A stretch of 64,000 nt of DNA, taken from positions 1 to 64,000 of IMG/VR virus record IMGVR_UViG_3300011254_000489. One strand, 5' to 3'. This stretch comes from a virus. The translations under genes and the position numbers were made by a program. This document shows positions 40,270 through 49,021 of this stretch, in pieces. Below the pieces are notes generated by a model. The model was not told where the DNA came from, made no database searches, and saw only the letters and a program-made list of their open reading frames with translations. How positions within the stretch are numbered: position 1 is the stretch's first letter; every line of letters starts with the position of its first letter.

Positions 40270-40688
40270 TCAATCACCTCCTGTAAAACTCCTAATGATA
40301 ATATATAATTAATGAACTCATTAGAGCGTTCATTAATGCCTATTGTTGAAATGTAGTTGGCGTTTGTTTGTGCGATTGCAGTTGTGGCGAATCTTTTTCC
40401 TCTTTCGCTTTCACGAATCCATACATGTTCTAGCGCACGGTATTCATCGTGTAGGTATTCCACAGTAAGAAAGCCTATGGTTTCATGCTCACCTTCAAAG
40501 CCGGAATAATGATGTTCTTCATTTTCCCAAGTTTCCTTGTAGATGAAATAAAATTCATTTTCACAGAAATGGTGTATTACTTGTTCCTTATGAAAATCCT
40601 CTTTCCATTCTTCGTATAAGTCAATAAATGATATTAGGTCATCCCCAAACCTACAGTCTGCTTTTCTAATAAAAACTTCTTCAATCAT
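40266..40688 (-). CDS. GNAT-like acetyltransferase
   Basis: LEHVWIRESERGKRFAT resembles GNAT motif A; N...F motif B. Confidence 0.55.
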   Translation of the reverse strand: MIEEVFIRKADCRFGDDLISFIDLYEEWKEDFHKEQVIHHFCENEFYFIYKETWENEEHHYSGFEGEHETIGFLTVEYLHDEYRALEHVWIRESERGKRFATTAIAQTNANYISTIGINERSNEFINYILSLGVLQEVIE

Positions 40689-40858
40689 TCTTTCACCATC
40701 TTTGTAATTCCTAATATTTTCATCGCTTCTCTAATATGATGGTGTGCTGATTGTAGTTCTTCAACGATTACTTGAGGGGTGTCCGTTGATAGTTGCAAGC
40801 AACTGTTCCATAATTCAAATTCCGCCATTCTTAATAATTCTTCTAATTCTAATTTCAT
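40685..40858 (-). CDS. Small helical protein (not in ORF track)
   Basis: MKLELEELLRMAEFELW..., 57 aa; ATGA overlaps on both sides. Confidence 0.55.
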   Translation of the reverse strand: MKLELEELLRMAEFELWNSCLQLSTDTPQVIVEELQSAHHHIREAMKILGITKMVKE

Positions 40859-41682
40859 TGTTTCATCTCCTCAATCTCTTTTTGAAAGTGTATTGTCTTC
40901 AACCTAACCTCTTCTTTAAATTGAATTTCATCAATTTTACCCCAAAGTTTTTCAGCGCATTCATCAATCATTAAAATATTCATTAGGTCATATTTAGTTA
41001 AGTCGCTAAAATAATATAGAGTTATTTCTAATAATTTATTCATAGAAACATGATAATTAGGGTTAAGTATCCTACTATGTGCGCCCGATTCTACTAATTT
41101 AGAATACAGTATTTCATGATGAGGAAAAAATCCCTCTTTAATTTTAAAGTAATTTTTAATTTGCTTTTGTTTGTGTGCGAACTTATATTCAGTTTCATAA
41201 TCTAAAGCATAGAATACATATTTTTTATCGGGATGATTTTCGGGTAAGTGGTATTGTTTAGTATCCTGTTCTGTAGCAGTAAAAAAACCGTGATTGTATA
41301 TTTGGGCTTTATTACTAATCCAACACCAATATTCAAGCCCGTATAGATTTTCGCTTTCTTTATGACAGGTTTTACATAACATATGTAAATTACATATGTC
41401 ATCGGAACCTTCTACCGATTTAGCAAGAATATGCGCTCTCTCTAAGTTGGTGTTTGCACTAACTCCACAAGCCATGCAACCTTGATTTATTCTAACACCT
41501 TTCTTGTCTTTAATAAGGCAATTAAGATAACTTCTATTTAAAATATGACTTAAAGAACAATTTTCCCAATATTGATAAATCGCATGTGGCTTTGGAGCAA
41601 TGTTTTTTCGGTGAGTAGTTACTAGTCTACCCATAATATCAATTTCTCCTTTTTCTAAATGTCTTGTATTCAATTTATTCAT
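40855..41682 (-). CDS. HNH endonuclease
   Basis: CMAC...LERAHI...GSDDICNLHMLCKTCH. Confidence 0.85.
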   Translation of the reverse strand: MNKLNTRHLEKGEIDIMGRLVTTHRKNIAPKPHAIYQYWENCSLSHILNRSYLNCLIKDKKGVRINQGCMACGVSANTNLERAHILAKSVEGSDDICNLHMLCKTCHKESENLYGLEYWCWISNKAQIYNHGFFTATEQDTKQYHLPENHPDKKYVFYALDYETEYKFAHKQKQIKNYFKIKEGFFPHHEILYSKLVESGAHSRILNPNYHVSMNKLLEITLYYFSDLTKYDLMNILMIDECAEKLWGKIDEIQFKEEVRLKTIHFQKEIEEMKQ

Positions 41683-43442
41683 ACTTCCATCTCCCTTGCC
41701 TTAAATGCGGCTAATCTAATTGCCTCTCTTGCGCTCGCAGTAATGCTAGCGGCTAGGTCTTTGTTACTCCAACCGAACCCTCTAAAAGCAAGGATTCCGT
41801 AGAACGAAGCCATCAATCTCTTGACGGCCATTTGGTTGTTATTCCACTTGACATACTCTTCTTTATCGTCACCATCTCTAGCAACCTTCATCTTCTTCTT
41901 GTAGTCGTTTCTCAAGTCCTTGAGAGCCAACAAAGAGCGAGGGAGAAGGCCCAATTCATCAGTCTTGAAGTATAGCATGTTAGGCTCATAGTCCACCGAT
42001 ACAGGGCGTAGATTTTGTGGTGTATTCAAATCAGCACCAAAAGCAGTGGGTATTTCGCTGATGGTTTCAAAACTGATGTTCCTAGCGATAATCATTGAAG
42101 GATAGAGGCCCGCAAAGTCAAACGCCGCCACATTAAGATGTAGTCCATTCGTACCTTCATCCAATGGATTGTAAATCATAGCACCCGAATAAGACAAAGA
42201 TGCACCGCACTTTTTACATTCTTTCAGTTGTTTATCTTTAGGATTTTCGTATCCGCAATCATCACACTTCTTTGTTTTCAATCTAACACCTGTCTTACAT
42301 TTCCAACTAGCATTGTTCATAAAGTAAATACTACCCATGTGGGAAGCATAGAAACAAGACTCAAAAGGAGCCACTAGCAATCTTTGTAAGGATATAATAG
42401 CCTCACTGCAATGGTTTTCCTCGTCTATCTTTCTTAGTAATTCTACATCTATGATAGTGTATTGTAAATAAGAATATTTATCTTCTAACCAAGCCCTTGA
42501 ATAAAACTCATTAGGGTCAGTAAATTTAGTTTCAATATATTTACCTTCACCGAATAGTGTTTTAGAAACATAGTCCAAAGCAAGACTTGGTAGTGTTCCT
42601 CTTTGTGCATCATTCCATTGTCGCTCAAAAGCAACATCAAGATTTAAGTTAATCATACCTTTAACGGGTTGTGCAATAGGAGAATAGCCTCCACTTTTAG
42701 TAAACTTTAGACCGTCTAGACTTTCTTCTATTCCATCAATAACATTCATTGGAGAAATACTTCTAGGGTCAATTTCATTAGCAATACATCGTCCTAATAG
42801 TTTAGGTAGGTCAAACTTAAGACCAAACCAAGCAACCATCATATCGGGTTTTTCTTCCGAAAGAAAAGCAATAAACTTAGTTAGCATTTCCGCTTCGGAA
42901 GTACTGTAATCAAGAACGCTAGTATAACCATCTACTGATGGCTTAGTAACTTTAGCAAACGATTCTTTAGGATACCATACCCACACATGGAAGTTTTTAG
43001 AGAAGTTATCGTAAAGAGCAATAGCAGTAATCTTACCATCATGTACTCCGCCTTGCATCCATTCCATATCCCAATAATACTTCTTTAGGGTGTACGGTTT
43101 CATAACATCTAAAGAATCAACTGCGTAGCGATTAACTAATGAAACATCTGCTTCATATGTCATATCACCTAACTTGGGATGCTTAAATGGCTTCCTAGCA
43201 CTATCTACATGAGATGGCTTCTCGTAGTAAACTCGCTTTAGTTTAGTACCATCAATAGAAAACCATTCGCCCTTTACATAGGAAAAGTCCCTTCTTAGCA
43301 TACCTACACTATATTGAGCAGGTTCTCTGTAAGAATCCGGTACATAAAAATAAGGAGCAAAGTCTACTAGTTCTGTAGACAATTCTCCTTGTTGGTTTCT
43401 ATTAGATGTGTATATTGTATTTTCATAATTAGCAATTATCAT
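41679..43442 (-). CDS. polB: Family B DNA polymerase, N-terminal subunit (exonuclease, motifs A and B)
   Basis: DMEW ExoI, FDLP ExoII, Y...D ExoIII, DFAGLYPS motif A, KRLMASFYG motif B; ends before motif C. Confidence 0.92.
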   Translation of the reverse strand: MIIANYENTIYTSNRNQQGELSTELVDFAPYFYVPDSYREPAQYSVGMLRRDFSYVKGEWFSIDGTKLKRVYYEKPSHVDSARKPFKHPKLGDMTYEADVSLVNRYAVDSLDVMKPYTLKKYYWDMEWMQGGVHDGKITAIALYDNFSKNFHVWVWYPKESFAKVTKPSVDGYTSVLDYSTSEAEMLTKFIAFLSEEKPDMMVAWFGLKFDLPKLLGRCIANEIDPRSISPMNVIDGIEESLDGLKFTKSGGYSPIAQPVKGMINLNLDVAFERQWNDAQRGTLPSLALDYVSKTLFGEGKYIETKFTDPNEFYSRAWLEDKYSYLQYTIIDVELLRKIDEENHCSEAIISLQRLLVAPFESCFYASHMGSIYFMNNASWKCKTGVRLKTKKCDDCGYENPKDKQLKECKKCGASLSYSGAMIYNPLDEGTNGLHLNVAAFDFAGLYPSMIIARNISFETISEIPTAFGADLNTPQNLRPVSVDYEPNMLYFKTDELGLLPRSLLALKDLRNDYKKKMKVARDGDDKEEYVKWNNNQMAVKRLMASFYGILAFRGFGWSNKDLAASITASAREAIRLAAFKAREMEV

Positions 43443-43461
43443 TTATATTCCTCGTATATTA

Positions 43462-44226
43462 TTATTCAATGTGAGGTACTCGTACTAAGAATCTATTTTC
43501 GTTAGAAAGAAATAGTGGGAAGTCGTCTTTCATAAAGAGAAAGAAATCTTCATCAAAGAATTTATGGATTGGTGCAGAAAAGGCTACAGTAGAACCATCT
43601 CCTATTTGTGTTTCCAATTCTAGATTTTTAGCATAGTTCTTAGTAATGTTTCCCGAAGAAATAGTTAGTTGGTTTTCTTTGTGATTCAAAAGGTAAATTC
43701 CTGTGTTGATGTTTTCACACATATTGATTGCTTCACTGAATTCTCTGTGATTAATCAAGATACCCGATTCAAATTGGGTCTTGTTAAAGGAAGGTAACTC
43801 TCCCGAAACAGGTTCAATAGAAGAAGCAAAGGGTAGTTTCATGCCCATAATAGTATTAATGGAACCGAAATTAGGATGCTCGTTTATCAAAGAAAGAGTC
43901 AAAGAAGTATCTTCTGTTTGTATCTGTATTGTGTCGTTCAAATACATGATAACATCTCCATTCATCTTTTTTAAGAAAGGAGACATTTCTTTTGCATTTA
44001 CACAGAACGGTTTTAGAGTTGGGTCTTCAACCGTACAATCTAAAGTTGAACAAGCAATAAAAGACATATCAGCATTCCAAACTTCTAGTCTTTCTTCTCT
44101 GTAAATCATAACTACATGTTTTCCTAGCATATCGGACTTAACACCTGTACCTGTACCATACTTGCCTCTTACCATTAAGTTAGAAAGAGTCTTTTCTAGT
44201 GTCTTTGCATCTACTGTAACTCTCAT
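43462..44226 (-). CDS. pcn: PCNA-like sliding clamp
   Basis: 254 aa two-domain pattern next to PolB; C-terminal FPLFL...FLVRVP. Confidence 0.65.
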   Translation of the reverse strand: MRVTVDAKTLEKTLSNLMVRGKYGTGTGVKSDMLGKHVVMIYREERLEVWNADMSFIACSTLDCTVEDPTLKPFCVNAKEMSPFLKKMNGDVIMYLNDTIQIQTEDTSLTLSLINEHPNFGSINTIMGMKLPFASSIEPVSGELPSFNKTQFESGILINHREFSEAINMCENINTGIYLLNHKENQLTISSGNITKNYAKNLELETQIGDGSTVAFSAPIHKFFDEDFFLFMKDDFPLFLSNENRFLVRVPHIE

Positions 44227-45032
44227 ATCTTCATCTCCTTTACGCTATCAATTCCTACCCAATTTACTGAGCCGTCTCTAGCCACTGTTAGGAAGGTGTA
44301 ATTCTTACCTACTAGGGAAGGGTAGTATTTACTACTTTTAACAGTAGCAACAAACTCTGTTCCTTTAGCAGTGACTCTTTGCTTAGTGCTAATAATAGAA
44401 TACAATCGTGAATCTAATCTATTCCATATTGGTTGGGGTGGGTCATCTCTAAATGGTGGCTTAGTGTGTGTAATGTATATTTGATGACAATTAAGTTTCA
44501 ATGATTCTTTCAAAACTTCTCTGTAAGGTTGGTTTCGCTGAAACCATTCTTGTTGTTTTGTAGCCTTCATTTTACGCATTCGGGAATTCTCCATCCCTGT
44601 CATGTAAAGAGTACAGTAATCTAACCAAGTATCTACTCCATCCCAAACGAATAGAATAGGTTCTTCCGATGAGGCTATTTCATTTTTTACTATAGCAATG
44701 AAAGAACGAATGTTTCCTTGAGTTTGGTAAGGTAGAAACTCACCATCTTCGTCATAGGCCGCAGGATTAAAAATTAGAATTCTATCTGTACTGTTATGAT
44801 TAGCCTTCCAAGTAGGGACTGCTCCTTCATCACAATCTAAGTAGAATGTCTTCATACCTGTATCCATAGTTATGCCGGATTTTCCTGTCTTTGCATCACC
44901 TTCAATACCCAATAGTAAATGGGATTTATTGCTAGTGTTTGTCTTCTTTTGTTCGTTAATTAGCCTTTGAACCAAATCAACATCAATTGCGGTTTGGCTT
45001 TCTTTGCTTACTAAATTTTTATTTTGTATCAT
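44223..45032 (-). CDS. RecA-fold AAA_24/Sak4-like ATPase (recombination)
   Basis: GDAKTGKS Walker A, YLDCDEG, FVWDGVD Walker B, YITH. Confidence 0.75.
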   Translation of the reverse strand: MIQNKNLVSKESQTAIDVDLVQRLINEQKKTNTSNKSHLLLGIEGDAKTGKSGITMDTGMKTFYLDCDEGAVPTWKANHNSTDRILIFNPAAYDEDGEFLPYQTQGNIRSFIAIVKNEIASSEEPILFVWDGVDTWLDYCTLYMTGMENSRMRKMKATKQQEWFQRNQPYREVLKESLKLNCHQIYITHTKPPFRDDPPQPIWNRLDSRLYSIISTKQRVTAKGTEFVATVKSSKYYPSLVGKNYTFLTVARDGSVNWVGIDSVKEMKI

Positions 45033-45039
45033 GTGTATT

Positions 45040-45249
45040 TCACCTCTTATTATCTTTCCAAGTTTCTAGTAACTTGGTAACTTCTTCTTCTTCGTTAAAA
45101 ACTAGTCTAACTTCTTTACCTCCAATGTGCATTTTTACATGGAAGTTATTGTCATCCCAATTCTGTTTCATGGTGATAAAATCTACATCTCGTAAATCAA
45201 CCATCCACTTTCCGTCTTCATAGACAAAGTTTGTACCTTGATATTCAAT
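45040..45249 (-). CDS. Small beta-rich hypothetical protein
   Basis: Start MIEYQG; similar layout to the upstream neighbour. Confidence 0.55.
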   Translation of the reverse strand: MEYQGTNFVYEDGKWMVDLRDVDFITMKQNWDDNNFHVKMHIGGKEVRLVFNEEEEVTKLLETWKDNKR

Positions 45250-45251
45250 CA

Positions 45252-45458
45252 TCAGTATTCCTCTCCTGTCCAACGGCAGTAACTAGACATGAACTCTTCA
45301 AAGAATTTCATAGTAGTTTTCTGTACGATTGTCCCTCCACTTGAGTAGAGTTTCACGGTGACATAATTATCCGGTTCGTGGTTCCAACTAATGTGTTGGA
45401 TATTTTCAAACCTAATAAATGCTAAATCTGTTTTTATTGCTTTTCTGTATAGTTTCAT
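45252..45458 (-). CDS. Small hypothetical protein
   Basis: Start MKLYRK after GAGGAAT SD. Confidence 0.55.
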   Translation of the reverse strand: MKLYRKAIKTDLAFIRFENIQHISWNHEPDNYVTVKLYSSGGTIVQKTTMKFFEEFMSSYCRWTGEEY

Positions 45459-45477
45459 TTTAATTCCTCTAAGGATA

Positions 45478-45502
45478 GGGCTTTGCACCCATCCGAACAT
45501 CA
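45478..45502 (-). repeat. Hairpin/T-loop-like motif, copy 1
   Basis: TGATGTTCGGATGGGTGCAAAGCCC; 19/25 identical to 61632-61656. Confidence 0.5.
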
Positions 45503-45576
45503 GTTTGTACCTTTAGTCTATGTTTACACTAAATTCCACTTAATCTGTTGGTATCATAAATTAGTGGGTTTGGAAA

Positions 45577-46788
45577 TCAAAACCAATCTAGGTCTTCCTC
45601 CGTAGCCTGTTCAATCTCTACTACTTGACCTCGGCGTTCTTTTACAAGAAGCCCTGTAAGGTTGATAGTAACAGGTTGTAGTCCTTCATCTGTTTCCCTT
45701 TGTGAAGTTCTACCAACAACAGTAACGGCGGAGCCAATACCAAAGTCAATGTCCACATTTTCGGGAACCCAACAAGTTACCATACCGTCATTCTCGTAAT
45801 CAAAGTCTGCGGCTAGGTCAGTAATGTTAATGATTCTATTACCGTTACCTGTAGGTGTCATGTTGATATTACAAACAGTACCGTTAGTAATAACAAAGCG
45901 TTTTGGTGATGGTAAATCACGCAACTCATCATGCTTGTCTTGTAGGTTTCCTAGATACACGACATTGTTAGATGCAACATTAGCAATCATGTTAGTCATG
46001 TTTAAGGAAGAAGTGTCACGGTAAAGGTCACTGTTAGGGTCTTGTTCTTCGTTAATTCTCAAACTACCAATGGTCTTATCGGTGAATCCATAGATAAATC
46101 CATCTCTATTAGAATCCTTAATGACAACCATATTCAACCATGAGAATGTCTTAGGAGTAAATTCAATTCCTCCCTTGTTCTTATAGGAGAAGTTGTAAAG
46201 ATTGTACTCTTCGTCATCTCCTACCTTACCAATAAAGACACCACTTCTACGCATTACTGAGTTTAGTGGCTTACCATAGTTTTTGTTTTCGCCACCGTTT
46301 TGATAGCGAGCATTGTTGTCCAAAGGAATGATGATAGAACCATCTTCTAATTCCTGTACGCAGTCGGGTAGATTCTTAACCTTTCTCTCTTGGATTGCAT
46401 CATTGTGGAAACGGGAGACTGAATAAAATCCATTCTCTGCTTCTTCAACAATAGCAACGAATCCCTTTTGATGAGCGTTGTATGGGTCATTCTTCCATTC
46501 TTCTACGGCTCGTCGTCGGTTGTATTCGTTTAAGTCTCTTGGTTCTTCAAGAGCCAAAAAGAATCCAAAGGCTTGCTTTGCAAGTCCCCCTCCCCCTCCG
46601 GTGGTTGTTGTTGTGTTCTGTGACTTTTGGCTTCTAATTTGTTGTGCGGCGTAACTACGCCATAGTGCGATAGCAATTGGGCTATCAGCACCCACACCAT
46701 TTTCGGCACAAATTTCGTCAAATTTCAATTGAGCATCCTCTAGTGGAATACTCAACTTCTCTGCGGCTTTTACAATTTCGTTTTGCAT
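45577..46788 (-). CDS. RPA/SSB-like OB-fold ssDNA-binding protein
   Basis: N-terminal helical cap typical of archaeal RPA; C-terminal OB fold (FGIGSAVTVVGRT); acidic tail EEDLDWF. Confidence 0.65.
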   Translation of the reverse strand: MQNEIVKAAEKLSIPLEDAQLKFDEICAENGVGADSPIAIALWRSYAAQQIRSQKSQNTTTTTGGGGGLAKQAFGFFLALEEPRDLNEYNRRRAVEEWKNDPYNAHQKGFVAIVEEAENGFYSVSRFHNDAIQERKVKNLPDCVQELEDGSIIIPLDNNARYQNGGENKNYGKPLNSVMRRSGVFIGKVGDDEEYNLYNFSYKNKGGIEFTPKTFSWLNMVVIKDSNRDGFIYGFTDKTIGSLRINEEQDPNSDLYRDTSSLNMTNMIANVASNNVVYLGNLQDKHDELRDLPSPKRFVITNGTVCNINMTPTGNGNRIINITDLAADFDYENDGMVTCWVPENVDIDFGIGSAVTVVGRTSQRETDEGLQPVTINLTGLLVKERRGQVVEIEQATEEDLDWF

Positions 46789-46801
46789 TTGTTTTTCCCT
46801 C

Positions 46802-47713
46802 CTATATTAGTTGGCCTACCATCCATGAAGCAAGCAATTTCGGGGTCATGGTGGTAGAACGCCACTCCCCTTCTCCAATTACTCGCAGGAATTTCAATTT
46901 CATTTTAGCCTCCATATCACACTTGATTGTGTAATCGTGGAGTCCAATACAGATTTCCTTTACGGAACGACCTGCGTAAATAGACTGATGAATTTTTTCA
47001 AGTGAACCATTAGCATTTCTATTTACAATTTCATTTATTATTTCTTCGTACTCTTCTAGACCTTTTTCAATTTGTCTCGTTAGTGTTGTACCCGACACGA
47101 TACCGGCCTGTAACTCGGTAAGTGTTCTACGCAAATCACCATGAAGAGAGTATATGAAGGTTCCCAAATCCTCATCCGTTAAGTGAGTATGTGCTTCCTT
47201 CTTCAAAATCATTTTCGTGATTCTCAATACCAAATCATATGGTAAAGGCTTGAATCGGTAGTTTGCACATCTACTTTGAAGTGCGTGAATGATTTTGTTT
47301 TTATCATTGCAAGTAATAATAAATCTAACATTGTTAGAGTATCTTTCCATGATTCTCTTCAATGCGTTTTGAGCATCATTGGTCATCCCATCCATCTCAT
47401 CTAACAAGATGATGCGAAAGGGAACAGTACCAATAGTACCGCTTTGTGCGATTTCTTTAATCCTTGTTCTAACTGTTTCTAGTCTTCTGTCATCGGAGGC
47501 ATTTATTTCAAAGAAGTTTTCTTTGACATGAATACCTAGAATAGCATTAGCAAGAACAAAGGCTACACTAGTTTTACCTGTACCCGATGAACCATAAAGT
47601 AGAACATTGGGCATTACTTGTTCTTTAGCCCAAGACTCTGCATCCATTACAAAGTGTTCTTGTCCTACAATTTCACTTAGTTTAGTTGGTCTGTATTTCT
47701 CTGTCCATAACAT
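46802..47713 (-). CDS. rfcS: Replication factor C small subunit (clamp loader)
   Basis: WTEKYRP, GSSGTGKT, EINASDDR, LDEMD, ALQSRC, GDLR. Confidence 0.95.
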   Translation of the reverse strand: MLWTEKYRPTKLSEIVGQEHFVMDAESWAKEQVMPNVLLYGSSGTGKTSVAFVLANAILGIHVKENFFEINASDDRRLETVRTRIKEIAQSGTIGTVPFRIILLDEMDGMTNDAQNALKRIMERYSNNVRFIITCNDKNKIIHALQSRCANYRFKPLPYDLVLRITKMILKKEAHTHLTDEDLGTFIYSLHGDLRRTLTELQAGIVSGTTLTRQIEKGLEEYEEIINEIVNRNANGSLEKIHQSIYAGRSVKEICIGLHDYTIKCDMEAKMKLKFLRVIGEGEWRSTTMTPKLLASWMVGQLI

Positions 47714-47925
47714 TATATCCTCTCCAATTTATATTTTATATCTACTATCTTACCTTCAACTTCTCTAATTGCTCTAGGTAATTCAATTTCAATATGATGG
47801 GGTTTGCAAATATCTACCCAATTTAAATTGTCATAAATCATTTCTATGTCTATCAATTGTTCTAGTAGTTCGTTGTAGTCTCTTAGATTGTTTTCTATTT
47901 CTTTTACTCTTTCTACTGCGCTCAT
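47713..47925 (-). CDS. Hypothetical coiled-coil protein
   Basis: 70-aa ORF. Confidence 0.5.
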   Translation of the reverse strand: MSAVERVKEIENNLRDYNELLEQLIDIEMIYDNLNWVDICKPHHIEIELPRAIREVEGKIVDIKYKLERI

Positions 47926-47927
47926 TT

Positions 47928-48161
47928 TTATTCCTCCTTAAAGAAATACCTAAGAGCCGAAGGTAATTGCTCAATTATCTTCGCTCGTATTTCATCGTCC
48001 ATTCTAGATTGGTATTCTCTAGACATTTTGTTAATTTGATTGTAGGATTGCACACTGTCAATTTTTGAATTGAGTTTGTTGGTCATGTGCATTAACCTAT
48101 TATTGATAATTTTAATCTCTCTTTCTATATCTTCTATTTTAATTTCTATTTCTGTCTTCAT
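47928..48161 (-). CDS. Hypothetical coiled-coil protein
   Basis: 77-aa ORF. Confidence 0.5.
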   Translation of the reverse strand: MKTEIEIKIEDIEREIKIINNRLMHMTNKLNSKIDSVQSYNQINKMSREYQSRMDDEIRAKIIEQLPSALRYFFKEE

Positions 48162-48163
48162 TT

Positions 48164-48565
48164 TTATTCCTCCATTATCACTCCGTCTTTAACATTAACA
48201 TTTTTTATTAAAATGTTCGGTTGTTGTTGTTCTCTAAAAACAGGAACTTCTTTTATCACTTCTATTTCTCTAAGAACTTCAACTTCTTTTATCACTTCAA
48301 CTTCTTTTACAGTAGTCCTCATCTGCACATACCAAAGTTGAGGATAATAAAATATATGATACATTAAAGGAAAACCTGTTAAATGGATTAACAACAATAA
48401 CATAAACCAATCAACATTTCCATCAGTAATCACATACACATATGCTATTAAAGTACACAGATTTAGTGCGAAAAATCCTGCTAAAGACCTCATTCTTATT
48501 CTATCATAATGAATTAATTTTATTCCGCCTTTACTTGCTATTCGTATTTCATCGTAATCAATCAT
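48164..48565 (-). CDS. Membrane protein with (V/I)KEVE repeats
   Basis: Two TM helices followed by VKEVEVIKEVEVLREIEVIKEVPV. Confidence 0.6.
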   Translation of the reverse strand: MIDYDEIRIASKGGIKLIHYDRIRMRSLAGFFALNLCTLIAYVYVITDGNVDWFMLLLLIHLTGFPLMYHIFYYPQLWYVQMRTTVKEVEVIKEVEVLREIEVIKEVPVFREQQQPNILIKNVNVKDGVIMEE

Positions 48566-48567
48566 TT

Positions 48568-48816
48568 TTATTTCTCCTTTAATTCCCATAGGGATATTTT
48601 GTTTGGTAGATAGGAATGTCTACTAAACTCTTTTTGTCGCATAATCTGTCCTATTCTATTAGAACAAATCCTACTGTTCTTCAACTTAATATTGTTAAGT
48701 AGTCTTTCTTTTAATTCAATAGTACTAAGAGGCGACTCATTATCAAGCACCCGCACTATTTCTTTTTTAATTCGTTTGTAGTTTCCCGATGATTTACTCT
48801 TTCCCATTCTCTTCAT
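48568..48816 (-). CDS. Winged-helix DNA-binding protein
   Basis: PLSTIELKERL...NRIGQIM...W; paralog-like to neighbour. Confidence 0.55.
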   Translation of the reverse strand: MKRMGKSKSSGNYKRIKKEIVRVLDNESPLSTIELKERLLNNIKLKNSRICSNRIGQIMRQKEFSRHSYLPNKISLWELKEK

Positions 48817-49021
48817 CTCCTACTTCCCATTCAGCATTCTTACCTTCTCCTATTTTAGTAAATTTGCTAGATTTTAGAATGGAGCCTAATTGATTAGCAG
48901 TTATGCCCCACTTGGTTTTTCTATTAATATACTCAAAGATTTCTTGAGTTGATTTCTTCCCACTACTGATATATTGTTTTATTTTATCAGCGTGTCTTTC
49001 TGTTTTTTTCTTTTTGCTCAT
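48794..49021 (-). CDS. Winged-helix DNA-binding protein
   Basis: KSTQEIFEYIN...GITANQLGSIL...W. Confidence 0.6.
   Translation of the reverse strand: MSKKKKTERHADKIKQYISSGKKSTQEIFEYINRKTKWGITANQLGSILKSSKFTKIGEGKNAEWEVGDEENGKE

Noticed and set aside
40139-41678. Intein or self-splicing intron interrupting polB
   Set aside because: No Cys/Ser...HN intein termini; the interval is fully occupied by overlapping ORFs, leaving no room for an obvious intron core; PolB-C has its own SD and ATG.
48240-48315. Short tandem DNA repeats (acttcttttatcacttc-like) as a possible array
   Set aside because: They simply encode the low-complexity (V/I)KEVE peptide repeat of a membrane protein.
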